From contig JAXLQJ010000002.1 of assembly GCA_046331705.1 (NCBI GenBank), positions 78,370-142,369 on the forward strand: 64,000 nucleotides of DNA, read 5' to 3'. Every line of letters starts with the position of its first letter. Position 1 is the first letter of the stretch. Source of the DNA: a bacterium. Lineage in GTDB: Bacteria; JADJOY01. Below, in pieces: positions 29,450 to 39,067 of the stretch. The notes below the pieces were generated by a model that searched no databases, was not told the origin of the DNA, and was given only the letters and a program-made list of their open reading frames with translations. Position numbers and translations under genes: made by a program.

Positions 29450-29624
29450 GAAGGCTCGCGATCAGCCCCGTCGACGGCCTCGGGGGCGCGGCGGTGCAGT
29501 GGCGCTGAAGCTATGCGATGGCCTGCGCCTCGGCGAGAGCGCCGCGAGCGCCGCACCCGAGCTCGCGACCCGCGTCGAGGAGCACGCGCATCGCACCCAG
29601 CGCGCCGAGCGGATCCAAACGGGC

Positions 29625-32621
29625 ATGGATTCTGCTAACTCCACCTCGGTGCGATCGATCGAGCCTCGGGTCAAGCGAGCTGGAAGCCGGCGCCAGCGGC
29701 GCGCCGCGCGACTCGTCGGCCCGACGCTGGCGTGCGGCTGTGCCTTCGCGCTGCTGCTCGCGCGCGCCTCGGCGAGCGCGGCGGCGCCCGCCCCGGGCAA
29801 CCCCTACGTCGCGCGCTTCGGCGCCGCCGATCTGCCGGGCGACGCATACAACTACGGTGTGGCCGTCGACGCGGCCGGGGAGGTGCTGGTCGCGAACACG
29901 GCCGGGCTGATGCGCTTCGCCGGCGGCCAGTGGGAGCTCGTCGAGCTCCCGGGCCATCTCGAGGTGCGCTCGATCGCGACCACCGCCGACGGCCAGATCT
30001 TCCTAGGTTCGTTCGATCAGTTCGGTCGCTTGCACGAGGACCGCTTCGGCACGCCGCGCTTCGCCCCGCTCCAAGACGAGTTCCGGCGCGATCGCGAAGC
30101 GGGCTCGATCAGCGAGGTCTTCCGCACCGCGAGCACACGCGACGGCGTCTATTTCATCGCCTATTCCGAGGCCTTCTTGCTGGGCGCGGACGGGGCGCGA
30201 CGGCGCTTCTCGGCGGGGCAACGCATCGTCGCCGCGGCGCACGCTGGCGATACGGTGCTGGTTCAGCACGAGCGCGGCCCGCTCACGCGGCTCACCCCGG
30301 CGGGCTACGTCGACGTCCGCGGCCCCGCGGATCTCGGCCCCGACGGCCCGGTCTTCTCGGCAGCGGTTCCCGCACCCGACGGCAGGATTTACCTGCTCAG
30401 CCGTGACCGCGGCTGGTACCGCTTCGACGGCGAGTCCGTCGAGCGCTTCGAGGCCCCCAGCAGCCAGCGGCTCGGCGAGGCGCGCTGCTTCCGCGCGGTG
30501 AGCCTGCCGGAGGGCGGCTACGCGGTGGGGTGCGACTCGGGTGAGGTCTTCCAGCTCACTCCCACGCTGGACGTGAGCCACGTACACCGCGTGAGCGAGC
30601 TGCCGATCTCGGGCCTGGCGATCGACCGCGAAGGCTTCCTGTGGGTGGCCACCGAGGGCGAGATGCTGCGCATCGCGCTCGGCTCGGCGTGGAGTCTCTA
30701 CGACTCGTCCCTCGGTCTGCGCGGCACGATCCAGGGGAGCGCCGATCTCGGCGATACCACCTGGGTCGCCACCACCACCGGTGCCTATCGTTCGCATACC
30801 GACGGCGAGGGGCGGCTCTCGTTCGAGCACGTCGACACCGGGCTCGCGGAGGTGACCGATATCCAGGGGACTCCCTTCGGCATCCTGATCGCGGGCGGCG
30901 ACGGGCTCGTGGCCTGGGACGAGGGACGCTTCGAGCGGGTGCTGGAGAACGTCGGCGTGTGGAGCGTGGAACCGGCGTCCGCGGAAGGCGACCTGTTCTA
31001 CGCGATCGAGGACGAGCGGCTCGCGATCGTGCGCCACGAGCGCGCGGGCTGGCGGGTCACGGACACCAGCGGTGGCCCGCCGGTCGGCCTGAGCTCGCTG
31101 GCGCGCGGGCGCGACGGAGAGCTCTGGGCGGGGCAGATGCGCGGCGGCTTGATCCGCTTCCAGCTCGCGGCCGACGGCGCGCGGATCGCAAGCTGGGAGC
31201 CGCGTCCGCTGGCGGGCGCCTCGCCGGCGACGCCCTCCACCTGGGTGTTCCAGATCGGCGAGCGCGTGTTCGCCCGCGACGCCGACCGCTACTTCGTGCT
31301 CGACGACGGCGAGTTCCGGCGAGTGCGCGCCGGCGACGGCCTGCCGCAGACCATGCTCGACGAGCTCTCCGGCGAGGCGCTCACGTGTCCCGACGGACGA
31401 AGCTTCGCGCTCACCTCGACCAAGCTCTTCACGCGCGCTCCGAACGCTCGCGACTGGAGCGAGGTGCGGCCCTTCGACGGCGCCGCGCGGCGCATTCTGG
31501 GGGCGGATTGCGGCGCCGAGCACACGCTGCTGATCCAATCCGAGCGCGGCCTGCTGCGGTTCGATCCCGCCCGTCCGCGCGCGGCGGTGGGACGGCTCGT
31601 CACGCGGCTGCGGCGGGCCGTCGTCGTGCGCGCACGCAGCATCGACGAGCCGCTGGCGCTGGATTCGACGGAGCCGCTCGCGATTCAGCCGTTCCGGCGG
31701 ATGCGCTTCGAGTATGCGGTCCCCACCGGCGAGCTCGAGGTTCGCTATCGCACGCGCCTGGTCGGCCTCGACGACGACTGGACTCCCGCGACCCACGAAC
31801 CCGACCGCGAGCTCGGCGCGCTGCCCCCCGGGGACTACCGGTTCGAGGCGATCGCCATGGTGGCCGGCGCCCAGGAGGTGCAGCCCGCGACGCTGGCGTT
31901 TCGCGTGCTACCGCGCTGGTATCAGCGGCCCGCCGTGGCCGCGCTGGCGCTGGTTCCGCTCGGACTGCTCGTGGCCGGCGTGGTTCGATGGCGATCCGCG
32001 GCCTTGCTGCGGGCGAACGCGGCGCTCGACGCGCTGGTGCGACAGCGAACCCGCGAGCTCGAGGAAGCCAACGCGCGGCTCGAGCAACAAGCACGGCACG
32101 ACGACCTGACCGGGCTCGCCAACCGGCGGCGGCTCGAGCATTTCGGCGCGACCGCCTTCGCCGACTCCATTCACCTCGATCGACCGCTGTCGCTGCTGAT
32201 GGTCGACGCCGACCACTTCAAGGTGCTCAACGATCGGCTCGGGCACGCCGCGGGCGACCGGCGGCTGCGCGAGATCGCCGCCGTCCTGCGCGGCCACATC
32301 GAAGGCGCTCACGAGCTGGCGGCGCGCTACGGCGGGGAGGAATTCGCGCTCGTCCTACCCGAGGTGCCGCTCGAGGCCGCACACGCTCGCGCCGAAATCA
32401 TCCGCAGGGCGGCAGCCAAGCTCACGGACGGCGTCCTCTCGACGGTGTCGATCGGCGTGGCCGAGCGAGGGGCCCACGGCGCGACCTCGCTCGAGCACCT
32501 GTTGCGTCTGGCGGATGCGGCGCTCTACCGCGCGAAGCAGCGAGGTCGCGACCGCGTGGCCGTCGCCGAGGCGGGCCTCGTGGACGAACCGCACACCCGC
32601 GAGACGACCGCGACCGCGTGA
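29625..32621 (+). CDS. sensor diguanylate cyclase (signal peptide, periplasmic propeller-like region, TM helix, GGDEF domain)
   Basis: C-terminal RYGGEEFALVL GGDEF motif after coiled coil; TM WYQRPAVAALALVPLGLLVAGVV; ORF 29499..32621 trimmed to ATG at 29625 before a signal-peptide-like stretch. Confidence 0.8.
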   Translation: MDSANSTSVRSIEPRVKRAGSRRQRRAARLVGPTLACGCAFALLLARASASAAAPAPGNPYVARFGAADLPGDAYNYGVAVDAAGEVLVANTAGLMRFAGGQWELVELPGHLEVRSIATTADGQIFLGSFDQFGRLHEDRFGTPRFAPLQDEFRRDREAGSISEVFRTASTRDGVYFIAYSEAFLLGADGARRRFSAGQRIVAAAHAGDTVLVQHERGPLTRLTPAGYVDVRGPADLGPDGPVFSAAVPAPDGRIYLLSRDRGWYRFDGESVERFEAPSSQRLGEARCFRAVSLPEGGYAVGCDSGEVFQLTPTLDVSHVHRVSELPISGLAIDREGFLWVATEGEMLRIALGSAWSLYDSSLGLRGTIQGSADLGDTTWVATTTGAYRSHTDGEGRLSFEHVDTGLAEVTDIQGTPFGILIAGGDGLVAWDEGRFERVLENVGVWSVEPASAEGDLFYAIEDERLAIVRHERAGWRVTDTSGGPPVGLSSLARGRDGELWAGQMRGGLIRFQLAADGARIASWEPRPLAGASPATPSTWVFQIGERVFARDADRYFVLDDGEFRRVRAGDGLPQTMLDELSGEALTCPDGRSFALTSTKLFTRAPNARDWSEVRPFDGAARRILGADCGAEHTLLIQSERGLLRFDPARPRAAVGRLVTRLRRAVVVRARSIDEPLALDSTEPLAIQPFRRMRFEYAVPTGELEVRYRTRLVGLDDDWTPATHEPDRELGALPPGDYRFEAIAMVAGAQEVQPATLAFRVLPRWYQRPAVAALALVPLGLLVAGVVRWRSAALLRANAALDALVRQRTRELEEANARLEQQARHDDLTGLANRRRLEHFGATAFADSIHLDRPLSLLMVDADHFKVLNDRLGHAAGDRRLREIAAVLRGHIEGAHELAARYGGEEFALVLPEVPLEAAHARAEIIRRAAAKLTDGVLSTVSIGVAERGAHGATSLEHLLRLADAALYRAKQRGRDRVAVAEAGLVDEPHTRETTATA

Positions 32622-32680
32622 CGCGCCGTGCTGGCGCGGACCGGCGGCGCCGTGCTGGCGCGGATGAGCGCGGCGAGTCG

Positions 32681-33496
32681 TCAGCCGCCACCGCCGCGCC
32701 GGCGATGAACGGTGCGCTCGCGACCGCCGCTCACGCTGCCACCGTCGCGCTGTCGCCAGCCGCTGCGATCCGTGCTGAAGCCACCGCCTTGATTGCCCTG
32801 ACCGTCGGTGTGGCTCTTCCAGTCCCAGCGGCCCTCGCCGTCGCGAGTGGCCGAGCCACTCGTCTCGGATCCCCACTCGCGACCAGCGCGTCCCTGCCCC
32901 TCGCGATCGCGCTGCCACTCGACGCCGTCCTCGGTGGCCTGGGCGCCGCCCGTCTCGCTACGCGACCAGCTCCGGCCTTGCGCGTCCTCGCCCTGACGCT
33001 CGCGACTCCAGGTGGTCCCGTCCTCGCCGCGTTGCACGTTGCCCGAGAGCTCGGCGCCTTGGGTCTGGCCGTTGGGGCCGGTGCGCTCGACGTCGCCCGA
33101 CCACGAGCGGCTGCCGTCCTCGCCCTTGGTGACGGTCACGTCCTTGTCGACGTTGACCGTCTTGCCGTCCTGATTCGTGTAGGTCTTGTCGCGCGAGTAC
33201 GTGGTGGTGCCGTCCTCGTTGTGGGTGACGGTGCCCTCGCGCTCGATGGTGCCGGAGCGACCCGCCGCGGTCGTGCCCGAGGTCGAGCTGCTCGTGGTGC
33301 GGCCGTCCTCGGTGCGTTGCGCCGAGCCCGAGGTGGTCGAGGACCAGGAATTCCCGGCCGAGCCGGTGACCGTGTTCTCGCGCGACCACTCGGCACCGGA
33401 TCCCTCCTCGGCCCGGCTCGATGTGGCCGCGCCGTGAAACACGGCGCAGCACGCTCCCGCCACCACGACCCGCCGCCAGCTCCTCGTCATCGTCAT
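32681..33496 (-). CDS. secreted low-complexity protein (Gly/Ser/Thr/Arg/Asp/Glu-rich, Trp-punctuated)
   Basis: GGAGGAG RBS before ATG at 33496; signal-peptide-like MTMTRSWRRVVVAGACCAVFHGAATSSRA; ORF 32681..34435 trimmed. Confidence 0.5.
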   Translation of the reverse strand: MTMTRSWRRVVVAGACCAVFHGAATSSRAEEGSGAEWSRENTVTGSAGNSWSSTTSGSAQRTEDGRTTSSSTSGTTAAGRSGTIEREGTVTHNEDGTTTYSRDKTYTNQDGKTVNVDKDVTVTKGEDGSRSWSGDVERTGPNGQTQGAELSGNVQRGEDGTTWSRERQGEDAQGRSWSRSETGGAQATEDGVEWQRDREGQGRAGREWGSETSGSATRDGEGRWDWKSHTDGQGNQGGGFSTDRSGWRQRDGGSVSGGRERTVHRRRGGGG

Positions 33497-33540
33497 CGAA
33501 TGCTCCTCCGTGTCGCGAGGCCAGCGCCGCCGCGATCGAT

Positions 33541-34926
33541 TCACCACGCCCCGGTGCCGCGCACGATCGCCGGCACGGTCTTGAGCAGGATCTCGAGATC
33601 CTTGAGCAGGCTCCAATTGTCCACGTATTCCATGTCCATGTGCATCCAGCGCTCGAAATCGACCTGGTTGCGCCCGCTCACCTGCCACGGCCCCGTGATC
33701 CCCGGCTTCATGCTGAGCCGGCGGCGCTGCCAAGGCTGGTAGGCGTCGACCTCGCTGGGAATGGGCGGGCGCGGTCCCACCAGGCTCATGTGGCCGAGCA
33801 ACACGTTGACGAGCTGCGGCAGCTCGTCCACCGAGGTCGCCCGCAGCACGCGACCCACCTTCGTGACGCGCGGATCGTTGCGGATCTTGAACACCGGCCC
33901 GTCCATCTCGTTCAGCGCCTCGAGCTCGCCGCGGCGATGCTCGGCGTCGACCACCATGGTGCGGAACTTGAGCAGCGTGAAGCGTCGCTTGTTGAGCCCG
34001 TACCGTACCTGGCGGAAGAACACTGGGCCGGGGCTCGTGAGCCGGATCGCGGCAGCGGCGAGCAAGGCGAGTGGCGACGTCACCACCAGCGCGACGCTGG
34101 CCACCACCACGTCGATGGCGCGCTTGACGAGGAGCTGCCAGTAGCGCGACGGCGGAATGCCGAACGAGATCGACGGGATGCCGTTCAGCGTCTCGAGGTA
34201 GTTGTCCATCGAGTCGAGCGGTGGCGGCAGGAAGAAGAGACGTGCCTTCACTCCTTCGCGCGCGCACATCGGCAGCCATTCCGTCAGGCGGGCCGTGCCC
34301 AGGTCGTTGAGCAGGAAGGCCACCTCGTCCACGGGCCGCGACTTGAGGACCGCCTCCAGGTCGTCCAACGAGCCCAGCGTCTCGAGGCCGCGCTCCGCCG
34401 CGTCCGCGACGTCGGGCGCGAGGCAGCCGACGCATTGATAGCCCCGCCCCGGGTTCCCTTCGATCGACGCAACCAGCTCCTGCGCTTGCGCGCCGGCCCC
34501 AACCACCAAGACGTAGCGCTGGTTGTAGTGCCGGCTGCGGATCAGCTCGAGCAGCCGCTTGACGACCACCCGCTCCACGCTGAGCGCCACGACTCCGACC
34601 CCGACGAAGGTCAGGATCAGGCTACGGCTGATGGTCGGATCCTTGAGCGCGAAGAGCGTGAACCCGAGGATCCCCAGCACGGCCATGCCGGTGCGCAGCT
34701 GCATGCCGACCAGCGAGCCGAAGGACGCGGATCGATAGGAGTAATAGCCACCGGTGACGTGCAGCACGATCACCCAGGTGACGGTGGCGGTCAGCATCAC
34801 CCAGCGGTACGCCTCGAACGCCAGCAGCGCCGGCACGTCGGGCGCGAGGAGCTCGACGCGCACCAAGTTCTGGGCGGCGTAGACCCAGCCGAACACCAGG
34901 CCCAGCAGCACGGCGTCGAGCACCAT
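33541..34926 (-). CDS. exopolysaccharide polyprenyl glycosylphosphotransferase (bacterial sugar transferase)
   Basis: C-terminal VLLGHMSLVGPRPPIPSEV and ITGPWQVSGRN motifs; N-terminal TM segments; start set at ATG 34926. Confidence 0.75.
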   Translation of the reverse strand: MVLDAVLLGLVFGWVYAAQNLVRVELLAPDVPALLAFEAYRWVMLTATVTWVIVLHVTGGYYSYRSASFGSLVGMQLRTGMAVLGILGFTLFALKDPTISRSLILTFVGVGVVALSVERVVVKRLLELIRSRHYNQRYVLVVGAGAQAQELVASIEGNPGRGYQCVGCLAPDVADAAERGLETLGSLDDLEAVLKSRPVDEVAFLLNDLGTARLTEWLPMCAREGVKARLFFLPPPLDSMDNYLETLNGIPSISFGIPPSRYWQLLVKRAIDVVVASVALVVTSPLALLAAAAIRLTSPGPVFFRQVRYGLNKRRFTLLKFRTMVVDAEHRRGELEALNEMDGPVFKIRNDPRVTKVGRVLRATSVDELPQLVNVLLGHMSLVGPRPPIPSEVDAYQPWQRRRLSMKPGITGPWQVSGRNQVDFERWMHMDMEYVDNWSLLKDLEILLKTVPAIVRGTGAW

Positions 34927-35291
34927 GTGCGCGCCGCGCAGCAGGGATTCGTGCTCTTTGATCACGACGGTGCGTTCGCGAGGTGCGCGGTGGAAGCTCG
35001 ACGATGAGCGGGGCTCGTTCGCTTCTTCCGCGAAATGCAGGAAATCACGCGAAATCCCGCCCCTTATAGCACGTCCGTCCGCAGCGAGCCGACCCCACCA
35101 CCGGCCGCCGAGTGCCGCCACGCGCGATCCGCGGGGCCGCCGAGGATCGTCTTTGACGTGAGGAGTCCGCGTTGGTAACTTGCGCGCGACTCGTGCTTCC
35201 ACGGGTCGCTCGCGCGATGCCTTCGGTGGCCCTCCTCTCTCGCCTCGCCGCGCCCACGCCGCAGCCGATCGCAAGGTTGCGCGCCACCAGC

Positions 35292-37307
35292 ATGCTCACC
35301 CGGCTCACCGGGGTTACCCGCAGTCGGGGCGGCAAGGCGGCGCGCCGGATCGCCGTCGTGCTCGCGATCCTGATCGGCCTCGCCGGCGGGACGGCGAGCG
35401 CGTCGCGACCGCTCGATCCGGCGCTCTTCCCGGCGCCGCCGCAGCTCGAAGCGAACGTCCTGTTCTGGACGGACGTCTACAGCCGTTACGACAGCCATCG
35501 CGTGGTCATCCACGACAACGTGTATCTGGACATCGTCTACACCGTGCTCGATTTCAGCGAGCTCGATCGCCAGGACATCTCGGATGCCGCCAAGGCCTCG
35601 AGCCGCGCGGACAGGGTCGAGCGCGCGCTCGCGAGCTACGCCGACATCCTGCGGGATCTGGCCGGATCACCGAGCCCCGGCGCCACCATCAGCGCCTCCG
35701 AGCGCCGCGACGTGGAGACGATGTTCCGGCGAGTGAGCGGCGGCGACGGCAAATACCTCGCCGCCGTCGACCGCCTTCGCGCGCAAACCGGGCTCGCCGA
35801 CAAGTTCGAAGGCGCCATCCGCCGCTCGGGCCGGTACATGCCCGAGATCGAGCGCATCTTCCGCACCCGCGGGCTGCCGATCGAGCTCTCGCGGCTGCCT
35901 TTCGTCGAGTCCATGTTCCAGGACCGCGCGCGCTCGAAGGTGGGCGCCGGCGGCATCTGGCAGTTCATGCCTTCCACCGGCCGCCTCTACCTGCGCATTC
36001 GCCGTGAGCTGGACGAGCGCTGGGATCCCTTCGCCGCGAGCGACGGCGCCGCGCGGCTGCTGGCGGACAACTACGAACGGTTGGGGAGCTGGCCGCTCGC
36101 CCTGACGGCGTACAACCACGGCGCGGCGGGAATGGCGCGCGCGGCGAGCCAGCTCGGCACCACCGACCTCGGCGTGATCGCCTGGAACTACGACTCTCGT
36201 TCGTTCGGGTTCGCCTCGCGGAACTTCTACGCCGAGTTCCTCGCCGCGGTCTCGGTCTACGAGAACCGCGCCATCCATTTCCCGGGTGTCGTCCCGGATG
36301 CCGCGCTGGCGTTCGACGAGCTGGTGGTGTCGAAGCCGATCTCGATTCGCACCCTCGCCGATCGGACCGGCACCAGCGTCGACTCGATCGAAGACTTGAA
36401 CCTCGGCCTGACCTCGGGCGTCCTCGCCGGCAAGTACCCGCTGCCGGCGGGCTACCGGCTGCGCGTTCCCGAGGGCTCGCGAGGCGTTTTCCTGGCCGCG
36501 CTCGAGTCCGCCGCTCCTGCCGTGCGGACCGCCAGCGCCCCAGCCACTTCCACCCGAACGCACGTGGTCGCGCGCGGCGAGACCGTCTCGCAGATCGCGG
36601 CGCGTTACGACGTCCCCACGAACGACCTGCTGCGCGCCAACGGCCTGCGACCGTCGTCGCGCATTCGGCAGGGTCAGCGGCTGCGCGTGCCGACGGCCGG
36701 CTCCGGCGAGGACACGCCGGAAACGACACTCTCGGTCGTGGCGCTCGCCGAGCCGGAATCGACCCCGTCGGCGAGCCAGCCGAGCCAACCGGCGGACGCG
36801 GCTCCTCGGCTCGTGGCCAAGCGCAGCTCGACACCGTCCACGGCCCGCGCCGCCGCGTCGGCGAAGCCGATCGACACGGCCTCGGCCGCGCCTGCGGCGT
36901 CTCGCACCGAGACTCACCTGGTGGCGCGGGGCGAGACGCTCTCGAGCATCGCCGCACGTTACGGTACGACCGCGCAAGCGATCCAAGCCGCGAACGGGCT
37001 ACGCAAGAACGGTCAGATCAAGGCGGGTCAGACGCTTCGGATCGACGACGCCGCCGAAGCGGCGCCGACCCTACCCGCCGCGCCGCCCCCAGCGGTGGCC
37101 AAGGCCGAGCGCGACACGCGCGTCAGTCGCGCCGAGGGCGCTCGTGCCGAGCCCCGCAAACCCGTGACGCACAAGGTGAAACGCGGCGAGACCCTGGTCG
37201 AGATCGCATCTCGGTACGGCACTTCGGTCACCGATCTCAAGAAAGAGAACCGGCTGCGCGGACCGACCATCCAACCCAACCAGCTGCTCCGTATTCCCCG
37301 CGATTGA
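35292..37307 (+). CDS. membrane-bound lytic murein transglycosylase D-like (SLT domain plus three LysM repeats)
   Basis: SLT-like FVESMFQDRARSKVGAGGIWQFMPSTG; three LysM repeats (HVVARGETVSQIAARY, HLVARGETLSSIAARY, HKVKRGETLVEIASRY); signal-peptide-like N-terminus from ATG 35292. Confidence 0.8.
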   Translation: MLTRLTGVTRSRGGKAARRIAVVLAILIGLAGGTASASRPLDPALFPAPPQLEANVLFWTDVYSRYDSHRVVIHDNVYLDIVYTVLDFSELDRQDISDAAKASSRADRVERALASYADILRDLAGSPSPGATISASERRDVETMFRRVSGGDGKYLAAVDRLRAQTGLADKFEGAIRRSGRYMPEIERIFRTRGLPIELSRLPFVESMFQDRARSKVGAGGIWQFMPSTGRLYLRIRRELDERWDPFAASDGAARLLADNYERLGSWPLALTAYNHGAAGMARAASQLGTTDLGVIAWNYDSRSFGFASRNFYAEFLAAVSVYENRAIHFPGVVPDAALAFDELVVSKPISIRTLADRTGTSVDSIEDLNLGLTSGVLAGKYPLPAGYRLRVPEGSRGVFLAALESAAPAVRTASAPATSTRTHVVARGETVSQIAARYDVPTNDLLRANGLRPSSRIRQGQRLRVPTAGSGEDTPETTLSVVALAEPESTPSASQPSQPADAAPRLVAKRSSTPSTARAAASAKPIDTASAAPAASRTETHLVARGETLSSIAARYGTTAQAIQAANGLRKNGQIKAGQTLRIDDAAEAAPTLPAAPPPAVAKAERDTRVSRAEGARAEPRKPVTHKVKRGETLVEIASRYGTSVTDLKKENRLRGPTIQPNQLLRIPRD

Positions 37308-37379
37308 GCGACGCGTGACGCCCTCGGCAACGTGTGCCGCGAAACGCAACACCGACTTGCACTTTCCCACGGCGATCTC

Positions 37380-37409
37380 TTGACACGGGTCAAAACGCGT
37401 CGGTAGCAT
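37380..37409 (+). promoter_or_regulatory. sigma70-like promoter candidate TTGACA-N18-TAGCAT
   Basis: Read in the intergenic region about 140 bp upstream of the ferredoxin gene. Confidence 0.3.
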
Positions 37410-37547
37410 CGAAAATGATTGTCAGTCGCAACGCGTGCAACTACCCCGTCGGCCGGCCGCTGCGTCGCGCTTCGATGCTACGGGTACTTCACTCGCCACG
37501 GACGCGCGGGCTGACGCGCGGTCCCGGGAGGCTGAAAAGAGGTTCTC

Positions 37548-37787
37548 GTGTTCCACCAAATCACGGATGACTGCATCCGCTGCGACGCCTGCCCACGGGA
37601 ATGCCCGGTCGGTGCGATCGCGCCAGGACCACGCAAGTACCTGATCCGAAAGGATGCATGTCTCGACTGCGGCGCCTGCGTCGCGGTCTGCCCAACCGAC
37701 GCCATCGTCTGCAACGCGCGCAGCCACGACGAGATCACGGATGCCTGGGGTCAAAGCGAATCCGAGTCGCTCCAAGCCAGTGGATGA
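37548..37787 (+). CDS. 4Fe-4S dicluster ferredoxin
   Basis: CIRCDACPRECP and CLDCGACVAVCP cluster motifs; AAGAGG RBS before GTG. Confidence 0.8.
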   Translation: MFHQITDDCIRCDACPRECPVGAIAPGPRKYLIRKDACLDCGACVAVCPTDAIVCNARSHDEITDAWGQSESESLQASG

Positions 37788-38967
37788 CCGCATCGTCGTC
37801 ATCGACGAGCGCTTGCGCAAAGTCTTCCACTTCTACATCTCGCTCTTTCCCAACTACCGCGAGGCTGGTCGCGCGGTGGGCGTCGGCAAAGACACGATCG
37901 CGAAGTACGCCACCGAGAGCAACAACATGGCGTACCCGATCTACTTGGCGATGACGAGCGAGATCCAGCGGCGGGTGCCGCGCAAGCAGGTCGTCGAGGT
38001 CTTCGGCAGAACCGGCCTGGATCGCTGGCCCGTGGAGGTGCGATCCAAGAACGGCAGCCAGATCGACAACGTGATGTTCGAGATCACGCCGGGCATCCGG
38101 CGCTTGATCCAGCACTTCACGGCGGCGTTTCCGAACCGGAGCCAAGCCGCGCGCGCGCTCGACCTGAACCCGCGCACGCTCAAGGCGTACGCCAACGGCC
38201 AGATCCAATGCTTTCCGCGCAGTCGCTTCAAGCGCATGGTGGACATCCTGCGCGAGCACGGCGAGGACGAGAGCGTGTTGCTCGAGATGGTCGGCTCGAA
38301 CGAGTGGGAAGCCGTCATTCGCGAGCGCACGCGCTCGGAAACGCTCTACATGGATCGCGAGCAGCTGCTCGAGCGGCTGGTCGATTTCCTGGCCGCGGGC
38401 GACGCGGACCTGAAGGACGTGAGCCGGCCGATCTACAACGCCTGCCGGCGCTATTTCGGCGCGCTCGGTCCGGCGTGCGACGCGGCCATGGACTTCCTCG
38501 TCGACCGCACCGAGAAGCGCGGCAGAGCCTTGGTGCAAGCCGGAAAGATCGTCGAGGCGCAGGAACTGGTGCTGCGCTTCGAGCGCGCGCTACGCACCTA
38601 CACGGCGAAGATCAAGGCGCGGGTCCACGCCGCGCGCCGAGAATCCAAGCTCGACTGGCAGGAGCGCGTGGTCCAGATGGTGAAGCGCAAGGACCGCATC
38701 AAGGATCTGATCCAGAAGGAAAGCCAGTTCCATCCCGACGTCAACGCGCGCGCCGAGCACGAGAAGATTCGTTTCGCGCACCCGTACCTGCGTGGCTTCC
38801 GGATCTACTCGCGCGACTTCACCTATCGCCCGGGCGAGCTGCTCTTCCATCCGCTCTTCGGGATGGGTCGCGTCGTGGACGTCGTCGATCGCGGCCACAT
38901 GCGCGTCTCGTTCGGCTCGAAGCACGGCGCCAAGCTGCTGGCCTTCCAGCCCGAACGCCACGCCTGA
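37780..38967 (+). CDS. hypothetical protein with HTH-like motifs and C-terminal Tudor/CarD-like segment
   Basis: GTG start overlapping the ferredoxin stop (GTGGATGA); HTH-like AGRAVGVGKDTIAKY and SQAARALDLNPRTLKAY; C-terminal GELLFHPLFGMGRVVDV; ORF 37654..38967 trimmed. Confidence 0.5.
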   Translation: MDDRIVVIDERLRKVFHFYISLFPNYREAGRAVGVGKDTIAKYATESNNMAYPIYLAMTSEIQRRVPRKQVVEVFGRTGLDRWPVEVRSKNGSQIDNVMFEITPGIRRLIQHFTAAFPNRSQAARALDLNPRTLKAYANGQIQCFPRSRFKRMVDILREHGEDESVLLEMVGSNEWEAVIRERTRSETLYMDREQLLERLVDFLAAGDADLKDVSRPIYNACRRYFGALGPACDAAMDFLVDRTEKRGRALVQAGKIVEAQELVLRFERALRTYTAKIKARVHAARRESKLDWQERVVQMVKRKDRIKDLIQKESQFHPDVNARAEHEKIRFAHPYLRGFRIYSRDFTYRPGELLFHPLFGMGRVVDVVDRGHMRVSFGSKHGAKLLAFQPERHA

Positions 38968-39067
38968 ACGGCCCGCGAACGGCGGGCGCGCGTCTCGACG
39001 CACGCCGTCGATCGCGCGGCTTCGCCGTGACGGGAAGCGGCGACGCAGGCCCCGCGATGGGGCGAGC

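Noticed and set aside
29499-29624. Upstream extension of the diguanylate cyclase ORF
   Set aside because: A signal-peptide-like sequence begins at the internal ATG 29625; the extension lies in an AT-richer, probably untranslated region.
30641-36986. Long Arg/Gly-rich ORFs (30641..33742+, 35667..36986-, 35965..36957-)
   Set aside because: Shadow frames over the diguanylate cyclase, sugar transferase and MltD genes.
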